Part shown: piece by piece, positions 51,948 to 62,770 of the stretch
Position numbering within the stretch: position 1 is the stretch's first letter
How the letters are laid out: every line of letters begins with the position of its first letter
Assembly: GCA_963813025.1 (NCBI GenBank)
Contig: CAWEXO010000014.1
Span: forward strand, 32,001-96,000
DNA: 64,000 nucleotides
Source: an uncultured Verrucomicrobiae bacterium
GTDB taxonomy: Bacteria; Verrucomicrobiota; Verrucomicrobiia; Chthoniobacterales; JAFAMB01
Reading direction: 5' to 3'
The notes under the pieces: model-generated
Seen by the model: the letters and a program-made list of their open reading frames with translations, nothing else
Told to the model about the DNA's origin: nothing
The model's database searches: none
Position numbers and translations under genes: made by a program

Positions 51948-53855
51948 TTATCCAGTTGTTAGCGGCGCCGGCTTTCTTTCCGGCGTCAGATGTTTGGAGA
52001 GAAAGCTTTCCATGGCCTCGTAGAAATCGAATCGGTTTTCCTCGTTATGAAAGCCGTGCCCTTCGTTTGGCTTAACCAAATATTCGACATCAATTCCTCG
52101 CTTCTTGAGAGCCTCCACGATCTGGTTTGATTCGTTGATGTTCACGCGCGGATCCTTGGCGCCTTGGGCGACGAACAACGGCGCCTTAATCTTGTCCGCG
52201 TTGAGTGCCGGGGAATGTTCGGTAAACCACGCCTTGTCCTTTTCCGGGTTGCCGACCATATCGTACATCATGTCCAGATAGGGCTTCCAGTACGGGGGCA
52301 CGGTTTTGAGAAAGGTGAAAAGGTTAGATACACCGACATAATCCACGCCAGCGGCGTACAAGTCCGGGTTCTTGGTCAGACCCTCCAGCACAGCGTAACC
52401 GCCGTAACTGCCGCCATAGATCGCAACGCGATGAGGATCGGCAATGCCTTGGTCAATCAGCCAACGCACTCCGTCCGTGATATCGTCCTGCATCGTCCCG
52501 CCCCATTGTTTGAAGCTCGCCTCCCAGAACTTGCGTCCGTAGCCGGTGGAACCCCGGAAATTGACCTGGAGGACGGCGTAGCCGCGATTTGCGAGAAACT
52601 GCACCTCGGGATTAAAGCCCCAGGCGTCGCGCGCCCAGGGACCGCCATGGGGGTTGACGATCGTTGGGAGATTCCGGGGGACGCGCCCTTTTGGCAGAGT
52701 AAGGTAGCCGTGAATAGTCAGACCGTCGCGTGACTGAAATTCGATCGGCTTCATCGGCGCGAGTTGATCCTCCTGTAGCCAGGGATTCCGGTCAGCGATT
52801 TTTGTCAGCTGCCCGGTTGCTTGCTCGTAAAGATAGAAAGCCCCGAGCGACCGGTCGCTGAGTGTTCGGACGACGAATACGTCCTCGTTCTTGTTGGCGG
52901 AGACGACTAACACTTCGTAACCCGGCAATTTCTGCTGGAGCGTGTTGTAAAGATCTTCCGCCTGCTTATCAAAAAAGTGCCGGTCCGTTTTCCAAGTAGT
53001 GTAGACGGCCGAAGTCAAAACCTTCCGCTTACGCGAGTAAGCCAGGCCATCGATGTCGACATCCGGATTCTCATAGAGCACTTTGGATTCTTTTCCGGCC
53101 TCCAGATCAAATTCGACAGCGGCCGCCTTATCTCGGCCGAGATTCGACACGCCGAAGAGATTCTTGTTGTCAAACGTGAAGAATTGGGGGCTGAACGACT
53201 CTTTGTAGTTTGTCGTTAAAATTGTTTTCCACTTCTCCTGGTCATTTTTCCGGTAGAGCAGGCTCGTGTTGACCCCGTCAGTTGTTATCGCAACCCGGAT
53301 GTTGCCGTCATGATCGGTCACCCAGGTGGCGATGTTGCCTGGATTTTCCGCAACCAGGGTAAGCTCGCCGGTTTCAACATTCAGGCGATAGGCGTCAAAG
53401 ACTTCCTTGTTTCGCTTGTTCATGCCAATGATGAGATCGGTCGGGTGATCCTCGAGATCGTCAATTATTTCCACCCGGACTCCATCAAAAGGCGTCAGTT
53501 GGCGCACACTAGTGCCGTCCCGATCGACTGCGTAGAGATGAAAGTTTTCGTCGCCGCCATTGTCCTTCACGTAGACGAGGTACTTGTCGCCTTTCCAAGA
53601 GAAACCGGAGATGTCGCGATCAGTCACTGATGTCACTCGCTTGGCGTCGCCGCCTTGCCGCGGCTGGACCCAGATATTCAGCCGACTTTCGTAGGGCTTG
53701 AGAAAAGCAATGTAATCCCCGCTTGGCGACAACTCGTACGCTGTCGTTTCGGGATTGCGGAAAAAATCCTTCAGAGGGATTTTTGGGGGCACAGACTCCT
53801 GAGCAGATGCAACCATGGCGAGAGAGGCGTAGATGGACAGAAACCCGATCTTCAT
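51948..53855 (-). CDS. S9 family peptidase
   Basis: HGGPW, GGSYGGY, DPRV, EGHGF; signal peptide. Confidence 0.95.
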   Translation of the reverse strand: MKIGFLSIYASLAMVASAQESVPPKIPLKDFFRNPETTAYELSPSGDYIAFLKPYESRLNIWVQPRQGGDAKRVTSVTDRDISGFSWKGDKYLVYVKDNGGDENFHLYAVDRDGTSVRQLTPFDGVRVEIIDDLEDHPTDLIIGMNKRNKEVFDAYRLNVETGELTLVAENPGNIATWVTDHDGNIRVAITTDGVNTSLLYRKNDQEKWKTILTTNYKESFSPQFFTFDNKNLFGVSNLGRDKAAAVEFDLEAGKESKVLYENPDVDIDGLAYSRKRKVLTSAVYTTWKTDRHFFDKQAEDLYNTLQQKLPGYEVLVVSANKNEDVFVVRTLSDRSLGAFYLYEQATGQLTKIADRNPWLQEDQLAPMKPIEFQSRDGLTIHGYLTLPKGRVPRNLPTIVNPHGGPWARDAWGFNPEVQFLANRGYAVLQVNFRGSTGYGRKFWEASFKQWGGTMQDDITDGVRWLIDQGIADPHRVAIYGGSYGGYAVLEGLTKNPDLYAAGVDYVGVSNLFTFLKTVPPYWKPYLDMMYDMVGNPEKDKAWFTEHSPALNADKIKAPLFVAQGAKDPRVNINESNQIVEALKKRGIDVEYLVKPNEGHGFHNEENRFDFYEAMESFLSKHLTPERKPAPLTTG

Positions 53856-53911
53856 AAACCGATTGCCGGGCAGGTAACCGAAAAACCGGCCTTCCGCAAG
53901 TTTAGCCGTCG

Positions 53912-54775
53912 ATGATCACGATACTTTACGATCCGGCAGCCGCGAGATATCATCAACCCGCGCACCCGGAGAGACCGGAGCGGTTGACCCGTAGTGTGCC
54001 ATACCTGCGCGAGCGGCACCCGGCTTGGATTTGGCAAGCCCCGCCGATCGCCGAACCGCGGGACATCCTGGACGCACATTCTCCGGAGCACCTGGCGCGC
54101 CTCGAGCACGGACCGGATTTCGATCTGGATACACCATTTTTTCCAGGAATCAGCAAACATGCCCGGCAATCGGCTGGATCCGCGATCGAGGCGGTGGCAG
54201 TCGTTCTGCGAGGTGGTCGATCGTTCTCGCTGATGCGGCCTCCGGGGCACCACGCGTCGCGGGATCGAGCGATGGGGTTCTGTTATTTGAACTCAGTGGC
54301 AATCGCTGCGTTGCATGCTCTGCGGCAGGGTTGCTCCCGGGTAGGAATCTGGGACTTCGATGCACATCACGGAAACGGTACCGAGGCGATCGTCCGAGAT
54401 CATGGGGGAATCCGATTCAGCTCGATTCACCAATTCCCGGGGTATCCCGGAACAGGCCTAACGTCGATCGGAAATGTTTTTAATTTTCCCATTGCGCCTG
54501 GAACTGATCCGGTCGTACATGCGCGTAAAGTCCGGCAAGCTTTAGAGACGTTGATCGATTTTAAACCAGAGCTGGTTCTGGTTTCGGCGGGGTTCGACGC
54601 TTATGCGGGCGATCCGTTGACTGAAATGACCCTCCAACCGCAGCATTTCCATCAGTTTGGCGTCTGGTTAAACGAGACCGCTGTTCCTTCGGCCGCAATC
54701 CTGGAAGGTGGTTACAGCGATGAGTTGCCAGTCTTAATCGACGCCTTCTTGCGGGGCTGGACCGGTTTGGCGTGA
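53912..54775 (+). CDS. Histone deacetylase family protein
   Basis: HPERPERL, RPPGHHA, DFDAHHGNGT, SAGFDA, LEGGY. Confidence 0.95.
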   Translation: MITILYDPAAARYHQPAHPERPERLTRSVPYLRERHPAWIWQAPPIAEPRDILDAHSPEHLARLEHGPDFDLDTPFFPGISKHARQSAGSAIEAVAVVLRGGRSFSLMRPPGHHASRDRAMGFCYLNSVAIAALHALRQGCSRVGIWDFDAHHGNGTEAIVRDHGGIRFSSIHQFPGYPGTGLTSIGNVFNFPIAPGTDPVVHARKVRQALETLIDFKPELVLVSAGFDAYAGDPLTEMTLQPQHFHQFGVWLNETAVPSAAILEGGYSDELPVLIDAFLRGWTGLA

Positions 54776-55806
54776 TGAGCTGGTTTCATTTCAGCTGGCC
54801 GAGCTTCTGGTTCTCCTTTCTGGCTCTTGCGTTCGAGGGGTTGCCTTTTGTCCTGGTGGGGTCGCTAGTCTCTGGAGCGATTGCGGCCTTTGTTCCGTCG
54901 CGAATGATCACCCGTTGCCTGCCGCGGAATGCGGTGCTCGCGACGTTGATCAGCGGGCTACTCGGTATTGTTTTCCCGGTGTGCGAATGCGGGGTGGTTC
55001 CGGTGGTTCGGCGGTTATTGCGGAAAGGGCTGCCGGTGTCGTGCGGGGTGACCTACATGTTGGCATCGCCAATCGTCAATCCAATCGTCGCGCTGAGCAC
55101 CTTTGCTGCTTTTCGTGGCCAAGCGCCGTGGCAGAGCATGCTTGTGCGCCTGGGCCTTGGTTATTTTGTCGCTGTGCTGGCTGGCTTAGCCGTACTTCGA
55201 CTGGATCCCTTAACCATTCTCAAGGCGACCGCGATCGCGCAACCACGACGTCGGCGTTCCACCTTTGCAATTGCCTCCCTCCCCGACGGCTCGAATGACA
55301 GTTTAACTCTCCGAGTAAAGTTTGGAGGGGCGGTCGCCCTGGCCTGCGACGACTTTATCGATACCGCATTTTATTTTATCATCGGAGCAGCGGTCGCCGC
55401 GACCTTCAACACTGCCGTGGATCAGAGTTTGATCCTGCCTTTGGCGGCAAACCCTATCTTGGCGACAGCATCAATGATGGCGTTCGCCGCAGTGCTCACC
55501 CTGTGCAGCACTTCCGATGCTTTCATTGCCGCGACCTTCGTCTCGTTCCCGATGTCTGCGCGCATGGCATTTTTGGTTTTTGGCCCCATGTTTGATTTCA
55601 AGCTGCTTTTTCTGTACAGCGCACTCTTTCGGAAAAGGTTCGTGGCAGCGCTGGGACTAGCTCTCTTTTGTGTGATTGGACTCGTCTGCAGCCAGGTGTT
55701 AGTGCGTTTGCCCAATGGTCTGGCACCGGCTCCGGCCCCGCTGACGCAGGCGGCGAAGACCGGAGCGCGGGATCGAACATCAACTTTCGGTATTCAAGAA
55801 CTTTAG
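54772..55806 (+). CDS. DUF318-type permease
   Basis: PVCECGVVP, LCSTSDAFIA. Confidence 0.88.
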   Translation: MMSWFHFSWPSFWFSFLALAFEGLPFVLVGSLVSGAIAAFVPSRMITRCLPRNAVLATLISGLLGIVFPVCECGVVPVVRRLLRKGLPVSCGVTYMLASPIVNPIVALSTFAAFRGQAPWQSMLVRLGLGYFVAVLAGLAVLRLDPLTILKATAIAQPRRRRSTFAIASLPDGSNDSLTLRVKFGGAVALACDDFIDTAFYFIIGAAVAATFNTAVDQSLILPLAANPILATASMMAFAAVLTLCSTSDAFIAATFVSFPMSARMAFLVFGPMFDFKLLFLYSALFRKRFVAALGLALFCVIGLVCSQVLVRLPNGLAPAPAPLTQAAKTGARDRTSTFGIQEL

Positions 55807-55832
55807 TTTACTATAACGTCACGACATCTGCG

Positions 55833-56792
55833 ATGAGGACACGAATCACCCGCCTGTTAAATGCGCTTACATTGCTCGGCATCGGCGGTGTACTCATTTT
55901 CTTTTTTGCGAGTGGCCGCCTCGACCACTACTTGCATCCGCTTTTCCGGCCAGGGGTACTTGCTGCCGGTATCCTGTTCCTGGGAGGCGGTCTGGTCTAC
56001 GGTTTGAGCAACACCTCGGTTGAATGTTGTGTTGATGAAGAATGTTTACACCAGAGCACCCGGAGACCGTTTCAAGGCCTGCTGGCTTTCGGTGTTCTTG
56101 TTGTTCCTCTGATTGCCGGGACGGTTTTCTCGAAAGATGCCTATGACGCGACCGCCGTCCTGAACCGTGGCTTTGTCCAGGACGTGACCAAGCTGCCAGG
56201 GCGTAAACCGGAGCTGGCGCCGAACCCGCCGCCCGTCATTCCTTCGCAAGCTCTGGGAGGGGATATCGATGGCGTCGCTTCAGCGCCTGCTGCCTCCGGA
56301 AAGACCGCCGATAATCAGAGTGCCGCTCAATCGACGGCGCCTGCTTCGCAATACGAGCCTGCTCTTCCGCAAGAAAATCAAGCTGGTGGAAGTGACCCAG
56401 CCTCGCCGGATTCGCCCGATTACCTGCCAACCGGACCCGATGGCAACGTGTCCCTTCAGGTCACCGATTTGCTGTACGGTGAAGCCGAAGCGAGCATTCG
56501 GAAAGCGTTCACCGGTAAAAGGATTGAAGTGCTCGGCCAGTACCTGGCCGGCAAGTCAGCCGGGGAATTCAAGCTCGTCCGGATGTTTATCGTTTGCTGC
56601 GCGGCCGATGCCCGGCCGGTAGCGCTTCCCGTCGTTGCTTCAAAGGACTACCGGGGAACCGATATGAGCTGGATCAAGGTGATTGGAACTCCGGTGTATA
56701 AAGTCAATGAGGCAAACGGCAGTGCCACAGTCACGTTTCGGGCGGAAAAGATAGAGCCGGCGGATCCGCCCGAGGACGCCATGTTGTACTAG
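55833..56792 (+). CDS. TIGR03943/DUF1980 putative permease subunit
   Basis: YLHP, RMFIVCCAADA; usual partner of DUF318. Confidence 0.85.
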   Translation: MRTRITRLLNALTLLGIGGVLIFFFASGRLDHYLHPLFRPGVLAAGILFLGGGLVYGLSNTSVECCVDEECLHQSTRRPFQGLLAFGVLVVPLIAGTVFSKDAYDATAVLNRGFVQDVTKLPGRKPELAPNPPPVIPSQALGGDIDGVASAPAASGKTADNQSAAQSTAPASQYEPALPQENQAGGSDPASPDSPDYLPTGPDGNVSLQVTDLLYGEAEASIRKAFTGKRIEVLGQYLAGKSAGEFKLVRMFIVCCAADARPVALPVVASKDYRGTDMSWIKVIGTPVYKVNEANGSATVTFRAEKIEPADPPEDAMLY

Positions 56793-56901
56793 AGCGTACG
56801 TTGGTATCGACACGAACGTGGAGGCGCAGGATGAAGAGAGTGTCTCGCAGCATCCTTCAATTCGAGATCTGGCTGGAAGATTCTGCCAGTTCACGGCGTG
56901 T

Positions 56902-57063
56902 CGTGAAGTGCGCGCGACTTGTCGCCGCTTTGAAACCGCGCGGAGCGCGGCCCCAACCCAAAAATCCCTTCCGCCAAGGAACTCGGCGCTTCGTGTTTAC
57001 TCCAGGACCGAGGCCGCGCTCCGCGCGAATCCGAAAGCGGCGACAAGTCGCGCGCACTCCACG
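56902..57063. repeat. REP-like long inverted repeat
   Basis: AGTGCGCGCGACTTGTCGCCGCTTT ... AAAGCGGCGACAAGTCGCGCGCACT. Confidence 0.85.
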
Positions 57064-57158
57064 ACGCTTTCTACTCGAAACTGGCCCTGCGATAGAGACA
57101 ATGCCAGGCACTCGAGAAATCCTGATCAACTGACCCCGATCAAAGCGGAGAACCGACC

Positions 57159-58181
57159 ATGGATTCAATGAACTGCCTTCTCTATTCCGACTATGAGACC
57201 CTGACGTTCACCCAACAACCATTGCCAGCAATAGAGCCGGGCGAGGTGTTGCTCGGGGTCGCGGCAGTAGGTATCTGCGGGAGTGAGCTGGACTCATTTC
57301 GCCAAAAGAGTCCCCGACGAAAACCGCCGTTAATCTTGGGACACGAGTTTTGCGGACGCATTGAAGAGCTAGGCTCGGCCGTGACCGGATTTGACCGAGG
57401 ACAGAAGGTTGTTTCTAACGCGCTGGTGCCGGATGAGCAATCGCCCGAAAGCAGGCGAGGCAACCCGCACCTCAGTTCGGGACGTCAAGTGTTCGGCATG
57501 AATCGGCCCGGCGCATTCGCCGAATACGTCGCAGTACCGGCATCCTGTTTGCTGCCGTGGCCGGAGGATCTGCCAGCGGAAGCTGCCTGTCTTGCTGAAC
57601 CGTTGGCCAACGGAGTGCACGTCTACAATCTCGTTCGGCACTTTTCTCCCGCCACGGTGCTGGTCATCGGGGCGGGCCCGATCGGTCTTTTCTGTCTGCA
57701 GGTTTTTCGGCTGCACGGAGCCCACGTCCTGGTAAGCGACCCGCGCAGAGCACGAACTGAAATAGCCAAAAGCCTGGGCGCGATGGTCGCGATTGTGCCT
57801 CCAGATGAACAGCCGATCGAGGTTTGCCGGAGGCATACAGGAGGAGAGGGAGTCGATCTGGCCATTGAAGCCTTTGGCAGTGGAGAAACAAAGCGATTGT
57901 CGCTGGAGGCGCTTCGGCCCGGCGGTGTTGCCATTTGGATTGGATTGCATGAAGATCTCATGGATTTGCACTCCCACCGGGTCACGCTACCGGAGAAGGC
58001 CATTTTCGGAACATACGGAGCGCGCACGGCCGAACTTGGTGAAGCTCTGACGCTTCTACACGATAAGCGGGTCGATGTTTCCTCCTGGATCGACGCATTT
58101 CCCTTGCAGAAGGGCGTGGATGCTTTTTACCGGATGCTCCGCGGCGCTGATCGCGACGTTAAGGCTGTACTCGTACCTTGA
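57159..58181 (+). CDS. Zn-dependent alcohol/sugar dehydrogenase (MDR)
   Basis: GICGSE, GHE, GAGPIG. Confidence 0.92.
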   Translation: MDSMNCLLYSDYETLTFTQQPLPAIEPGEVLLGVAAVGICGSELDSFRQKSPRRKPPLILGHEFCGRIEELGSAVTGFDRGQKVVSNALVPDEQSPESRRGNPHLSSGRQVFGMNRPGAFAEYVAVPASCLLPWPEDLPAEAACLAEPLANGVHVYNLVRHFSPATVLVIGAGPIGLFCLQVFRLHGAHVLVSDPRRARTEIAKSLGAMVAIVPPDEQPIEVCRRHTGGEGVDLAIEAFGSGETKRLSLEALRPGGVAIWIGLHEDLMDLHSHRVTLPEKAIFGTYGARTAELGEALTLLHDKRVDVSSWIDAFPLQKGVDAFYRMLRGADRDVKAVLVP

Positions 58182-58238
58182 GACGGGCGCCACGCATGCT
58201 CCCTGAGGTCGCTCAGATCCTGTAGACCCCCATAGGTC

Positions 58239-59471
58239 CTAGGGCTCTCTGAGAATCTCTCGTGCCGCGGTCAGACCGCTTTGCATTGCGCCCTGGATAC
58301 TGGCGTGTGTCACCTGGTCTCCGCTTAGCCAAACGTTGGGGAACGGTTTTGCCACCTGGAGATCAAAAAGGCGTCCCGGGGGCTGCAGAGGTAAAGCGTA
58401 AGAGATCTCAATCAGTTTGATGAGCTGCAGGCTGTCGGCTGCTTCCGGAAAAACCTCGACGATTTCGGACCGCGCCTGAGCCAGGTCCCTGGCGGAAAGC
58501 GCTGGCTGGAGGACAGTTGCGCTGATTAACTGGCGGCCTTCCGGCGCGTATTCCGGAGCGACATTCGTCAGCTGGACAAAATGACGAACCGTCCGGGTCC
58601 GGCCAGCTGGCAAAACGATCAGTTTTTCTGAATAAAGCGGATGCTCAGTCGAGAAGTAGAGAACAGACACACCCTGACCGGGTTCAATCGGTTTTTGCAG
58701 AAGGCGCTGCGCGCAAGGTTGACTGCATGCCAGAACGAGGTGATCGCACCCGACTCGTTGGCCGTCCTTGAGCCGGACGCCGGTTGCACGTCCACGCGCA
58801 AAATCCAGGCCGGTCGCTTCGGAATTAAGTCTGATTGCTCCGCTCCTCAGACGGCCGGAGAGCTGGTCAGGAATGGCTTGCATCCCGCGGCGGGGTACTA
58901 ATGCGCCACCGGTGACAAACTTCCGAAAGTAATACCGGAAAAGAATCGAAGAAGTCTCGAGATCGTTATCCAGAAGAATTCCTCCGAAGAACGGTCGGAA
59001 AAAACGCTCAAACGCTTCATCCGTGAAGCCCCGCAAATAATCTTTGGTCGGGACATCTCCCCGTCCGCTGAGTATTTCGTCATCGGAACGAACCATGAGG
59101 CCGCCGCTCACGAGCGCCAGCCGAACCTTATCGCTCCAACTGATCGCATCATCCTTGGCCGGTCCAAGAATGCCGTCTCCTTGAAGAACGGGTTTTCGCA
59201 GTCGCAGGAACTTGCCTCGATCCCAGATGAGCGCGCCGGACTCGAAGTAGCGCGGCTCCAGTTGTGGAAGATCAAGGATCTCGCGCGCAGCCGGATAACT
59301 GTCGAGCAATATCTGGAAACCGAGGTCAAAGGTAAATCCATCCTGGGTAATCGAACCGACTCGACCGCCGAGGCGGAATGATTTTTCCACTAGCAGGAAT
59401 TCCCTGTCATTTTCCTGAAGCTTCCAAGCGCAGACCAGTCCGGCTAGACCGCCTCCGACAATGATGACCAT
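58239..59471 (-). CDS. FAD-dependent oxidoreductase (amine oxidase family)
   Basis: GGGLAGL, LGGRV, SIQGAMQSG. Confidence 0.9.
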   Translation of the reverse strand: MVIIVGGGLAGLVCAWKLQENDREFLLVEKSFRLGGRVGSITQDGFTFDLGFQILLDSYPAAREILDLPQLEPRYFESGALIWDRGKFLRLRKPVLQGDGILGPAKDDAISWSDKVRLALVSGGLMVRSDDEILSGRGDVPTKDYLRGFTDEAFERFFRPFFGGILLDNDLETSSILFRYYFRKFVTGGALVPRRGMQAIPDQLSGRLRSGAIRLNSEATGLDFARGRATGVRLKDGQRVGCDHLVLACSQPCAQRLLQKPIEPGQGVSVLYFSTEHPLYSEKLIVLPAGRTRTVRHFVQLTNVAPEYAPEGRQLISATVLQPALSARDLAQARSEIVEVFPEAADSLQLIKLIEISYALPLQPPGRLFDLQVAKPFPNVWLSGDQVTHASIQGAMQSGLTAAREILREP

Positions 59472-59591
59472 GAAGGAACGTAGCGATGTGGAGTGCCAGT
59501 GCCAGTGCGAGTGCCAGCGGACGGAGGCCTGCCGTCCCTTCTGGACAAACAGTCAAAGCAACTGCGACTGCTCGTGATAGTTTTGAAACTC

Positions 59592-60338
59592 ATGAACCGA
59601 TTTCTGGATCAAGTCGCCGTTGTCACGGGAGCTGGTCGTGGCATTGGGCAGGCGATCGCGCTGCGCCTTGCTCAGGAGGGCGCCCGGATCGCGGTGGTCA
59701 GCCGTTCCGAAGCGAATGCCCGGCAAACTGTCGAGCAGATCAACCTCGCCCGCTCGGAAAGCGCTCGACCTTATGCAGTCGATGTTTCCGACGGAGACGC
59801 AGTCTCAGCGATCTGCTCGACGATCATCAAGGATTTTGGCGGGGTGACAGTCCTGGTGAACAACGCCGGTATTACGCGCGACAGGATCAGCCTGCGCATG
59901 TCGGAAGTCGACTGGGACTCGGTCATCGATACAAACCTGAAAGGAGCGTTTCACTTTATCCAAAATTTGCAGCGTCCAATGATGCGGCGGTCCTACGGGC
60001 GGATCATTAATATCAGCTCAGTCAGCGGGTTGATCGGACAAGCCGGTCAAGTCAATTATTCGGCCAGCAAGGCAGGCTTGATCGGGTTGACCAAGGCACT
60101 TGCCCGGGAGATCGCTGGGCGAAACGTCACTGTGAATGCCGTAGCGCCGGGCTTTGTAACGACCGATATGACCGCCCGGCTTCCGGACGATGTGCGCAGT
60201 CAGGTATTGACCCACATCCCCTTAGGCCGTTTTGGCGGCGCCGAAGAGATCGCTGCGGCGGTCGCGTTCCTGGCGAGTTCGGAAGCGAGTTACATCACTG
60301 GGCAAGTGCTGACAGTGGATGGCGGCATGGCGATGTAG
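59592..60338 (+). CDS. fabG: 3-oxoacyl-ACP reductase
   Basis: TGAGRGIG, NNAGITRD, YSASKAG, ITGQVLTVDGG. Confidence 0.92.
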   Translation: MNRFLDQVAVVTGAGRGIGQAIALRLAQEGARIAVVSRSEANARQTVEQINLARSESARPYAVDVSDGDAVSAICSTIIKDFGGVTVLVNNAGITRDRISLRMSEVDWDSVIDTNLKGAFHFIQNLQRPMMRRSYGRIINISSVSGLIGQAGQVNYSASKAGLIGLTKALAREIAGRNVTVNAVAPGFVTTDMTARLPDDVRSQVLTHIPLGRFGGAEEIAAAVAFLASSEASYITGQVLTVDGGMAM

Positions 60339-60427
60339 CTCGTTTGATGCTAGCGTTGGATTACCGAGTGGCTGGACCGTCGTGGTCCTGTGGAGCCCTG
60401 CAATGACACCAGACCGGAGTTTCGAGC

Positions 60428-62446
60428 GTGCCTAGTTTGTTTACACCGACGCCGACGGCCCCACCCTCACGCGACAAAACGCCGTCAGGTCGTTCACCGA
60501 ATCGGCCGCAACCGCCGCGAATCGATTGGCGCCAGCTGCTCTGGCTGGCTGTTCTTTTCGTCCTAATGACATGGATGTGGCAGGAAGGGCTTTCCCACAT
60601 GCTCGTGAAGACAATACCCTACAGCGAATTTAAACAGGAGCTGCACCAGGGTAAGGTGGTCGAATGCGTGGTGGGCGACCAGGAGATCGCCGGACGCATC
60701 GATCCGACCACAGGGAACAGTCCAGCGCCGACCGGCACGCCGTCACCAAATCCGAAAGTGTCACCCGCCGGTTCTCCTGCTCCACAAAACGCGTCAGCCG
60801 AGAAGCCTTACGTGTTTCGAACGGTCAGAGTTGACGATCCGAATCTGACTGCTGAGATGCAGGCAGCGCACACTACGTTCTCTGGTGAGCGTCCAGGATT
60901 GTTAACTGCTTTGTTGGGCGCTTGGGGCATTCCGCTCGCGTTGATGCTGCTTTTCTGGTTCGGCTTCAGCCGTTTAGCAGGCGCCGCCGGCCAGTCTGTT
61001 CTGGGTGTAGGTCGCAGTCGGGCAAAGCTATTGGTGGATAAGGACACTGGAGTCAGCTTCGGCGACGTCGCGGGAGAGGACGAGGCGAAACTGGAACTCA
61101 GGGAGGTGGTAGACTTTTTGCGCAACCCGCAGCGCTATCAGCAGCTTGGGGCGAAGATTCCGAAAGGTGTTTTGCTTGTGGGACCGCCCGGCACAGGAAA
61201 AACATTGCTTGCCCGGGCGGCCGCGGGCGAAGCCAAAGTGCCATTCTTCCTTCTGAGTGGCAGCGAGTTTGTCGAGATGTTCGTTGGGGTTGGAGCGGCG
61301 CGAGTACGCGATCTTTTTCGGCAGGCGAAAGAACAGGCCCCTTGCATCGTCTTCATCGATGAGCTTGATGCGATTGGGCGGCAACGAGGTGTGCATGTCC
61401 TGGCCGGAGGGAATGACGAGCGAGAACAAACCTTGAATCAATTGCTGGTGGAGATGGACGGTTTCGATCCAAATCAAGGTGTGATTTTGCTGGGAGCAAC
61501 CAACCGCCCTGAGGTGCTTGACCGGGCGCTCCTTCGTCCTGGTCGATTTGATCGTGTGATCCTGGTGGATGCCCCCGATCTGGACGGAAGAGAGGCGATC
61601 TTGCGGATACATGCGCGGGGGAAGCCTTTGGAACCTTCCGCTGACCTTCGGGAGACCGCCCGTTTGACCGCAGGGTTTTCCGGAGCAGATCTCGCGAATC
61701 TCATGAATGAGGCTGCCCTACTGGCAGCTCGGGAAGGCTCCACGCGTATCCAGGGGAAACATCTGGAGGATGCCTTTGAAAAGGTTGTGGCTGGACCGGA
61801 ACGGAAAAGCAGGCGCTTGGGAGAGAGCGAAAAAAGGCGCGTAGCTTACCATGAGGTTGGACATGCGCTCGTGGCGGCATTCACGAGTCATGGTGATCGG
61901 GTAGGCAAAATCAGCATTGTTCCGCGCGGCAAAGCCGCGCTCGGGTTTACGATGCAACTTCCGACCGAGCAGCAGTTTTTGATGACGCGAGAGGAGATCC
62001 TGGAAAGAGTTACCGGTTTACTAGGGGGCCGCGCGGCAGAGGAGTTGGTGTTCGGCGAGGGGACCACCGGCGCGGAAAGCGATCTGGAGCGAGCAACGGC
62101 CATGGTGCGGCAAATGATTTGTGTATTTGGGATGAGCAGAGTTGTGGGACTCGCCCATTTAGCTCAAAGACAGGATCCGGCGCTGCTCTCCGGGCCGGAC
62201 GGCAGTTTCAAGTACGATTGCAGCGAGGAAACCGCGCGCCTGATTGATCAGGAGGTCAAGGATCTGCTCGAGGAGTGCCACTCGAATGCTAAGAATCTGC
62301 TCTCTTCTCGACGCAACCTCCTGGAGTTGGTTGCGCAGGAGCTACTCGAAAAAGAATCTCTGGATGGCGATTCGTTTTACAAGCTTATCGGTGTAGAGCA
62401 GCCAAGTTCCGCCCGAGCAGAACTTCCGCCCCCGGATCCAGTTTAG
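60428..62446 (+). CDS. ftsH: ATP-dependent zinc metalloprotease FtsH
   Basis: 2 [28 protein letters not shown]. Confidence 0.96.
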   Translation: MPSLFTPTPTAPPSRDKTPSGRSPNRPQPPRIDWRQLLWLAVLFVLMTWMWQEGLSHMLVKTIPYSEFKQELHQGKVVECVVGDQEIAGRIDPTTGNSPAPTGTPSPNPKVSPAGSPAPQNASAEKPYVFRTVRVDDPNLTAEMQAAHTTFSGERPGLLTALLGAWGIPLALMLLFWFGFSRLAGAAGQSVLGVGRSRAKLLVDKDTGVSFGDVAGEDEAKLELREVVDFLRNPQRYQQLGAKIPKGVLLVGPPGTGKTLLARAAAGEAKVPFFLLSGSEFVEMFVGVGAARVRDLFRQAKEQAPCIVFIDELDAIGRQRGVHVLAGGNDEREQTLNQLLVEMDGFDPNQGVILLGATNRPEVLDRALLRPGRFDRVILVDAPDLDGREAILRIHARGKPLEPSADLRETARLTAGFSGADLANLMNEAALLAAREGSTRIQGKHLEDAFEKVVAGPERKSRRLGESEKRRVAYHEVGHALVAAFTSHGDRVGKISIVPRGKAALGFTMQLPTEQQFLMTREEILERVTGLLGGRAAEELVFGEGTTGAESDLERATAMVRQMICVFGMSRVVGLAHLAQRQDPALLSGPDGSFKYDCSEETARLIDQEVKDLLEECHSNAKNLLSSRRNLLELVAQELLEKESLDGDSFYKLIGVEQPSSARAELPPPDPV

Positions 62447-62498
62447 GGAGCTGCGTCTCCACGACACGCAACGAATTGGCACTGGCTTCCTGGGTCTT

Positions 62499-62758
62499 TC
62501 GGACTTTGGAAATCTGTGGTGCGCGCAGTCGAGCTATGGTTCAGAAGGGAGCTTAGAGACTTGTCCCAACGGGTCTATGGTCCAGCGCCGGTAGGCGCGA
62601 ATTAAAAAGGCTGTCTCACGACACCCAAGGTCGGTAGGGTCAAGCTCCTGCTTGACCTCCTTAATGTTGGATCACGTCTAAATCGGGACGAGCAGGAGCT
62701 CATTCCTACCGCCGATCACGTGGTGGCGTACCACAGATTTCCAAAGTCCGACACGCCC
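62499..62758. repeat. Composite REP-like cluster between convergent genes
   Basis: TCGGACTTTGGAAATCTGTGG ... CCACAGATTTCCAAAGTCCGA outer IR with nested GGTAGG palindrome. Confidence 0.8.
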
Positions 62759-62770
62759 ATCCTACCAATC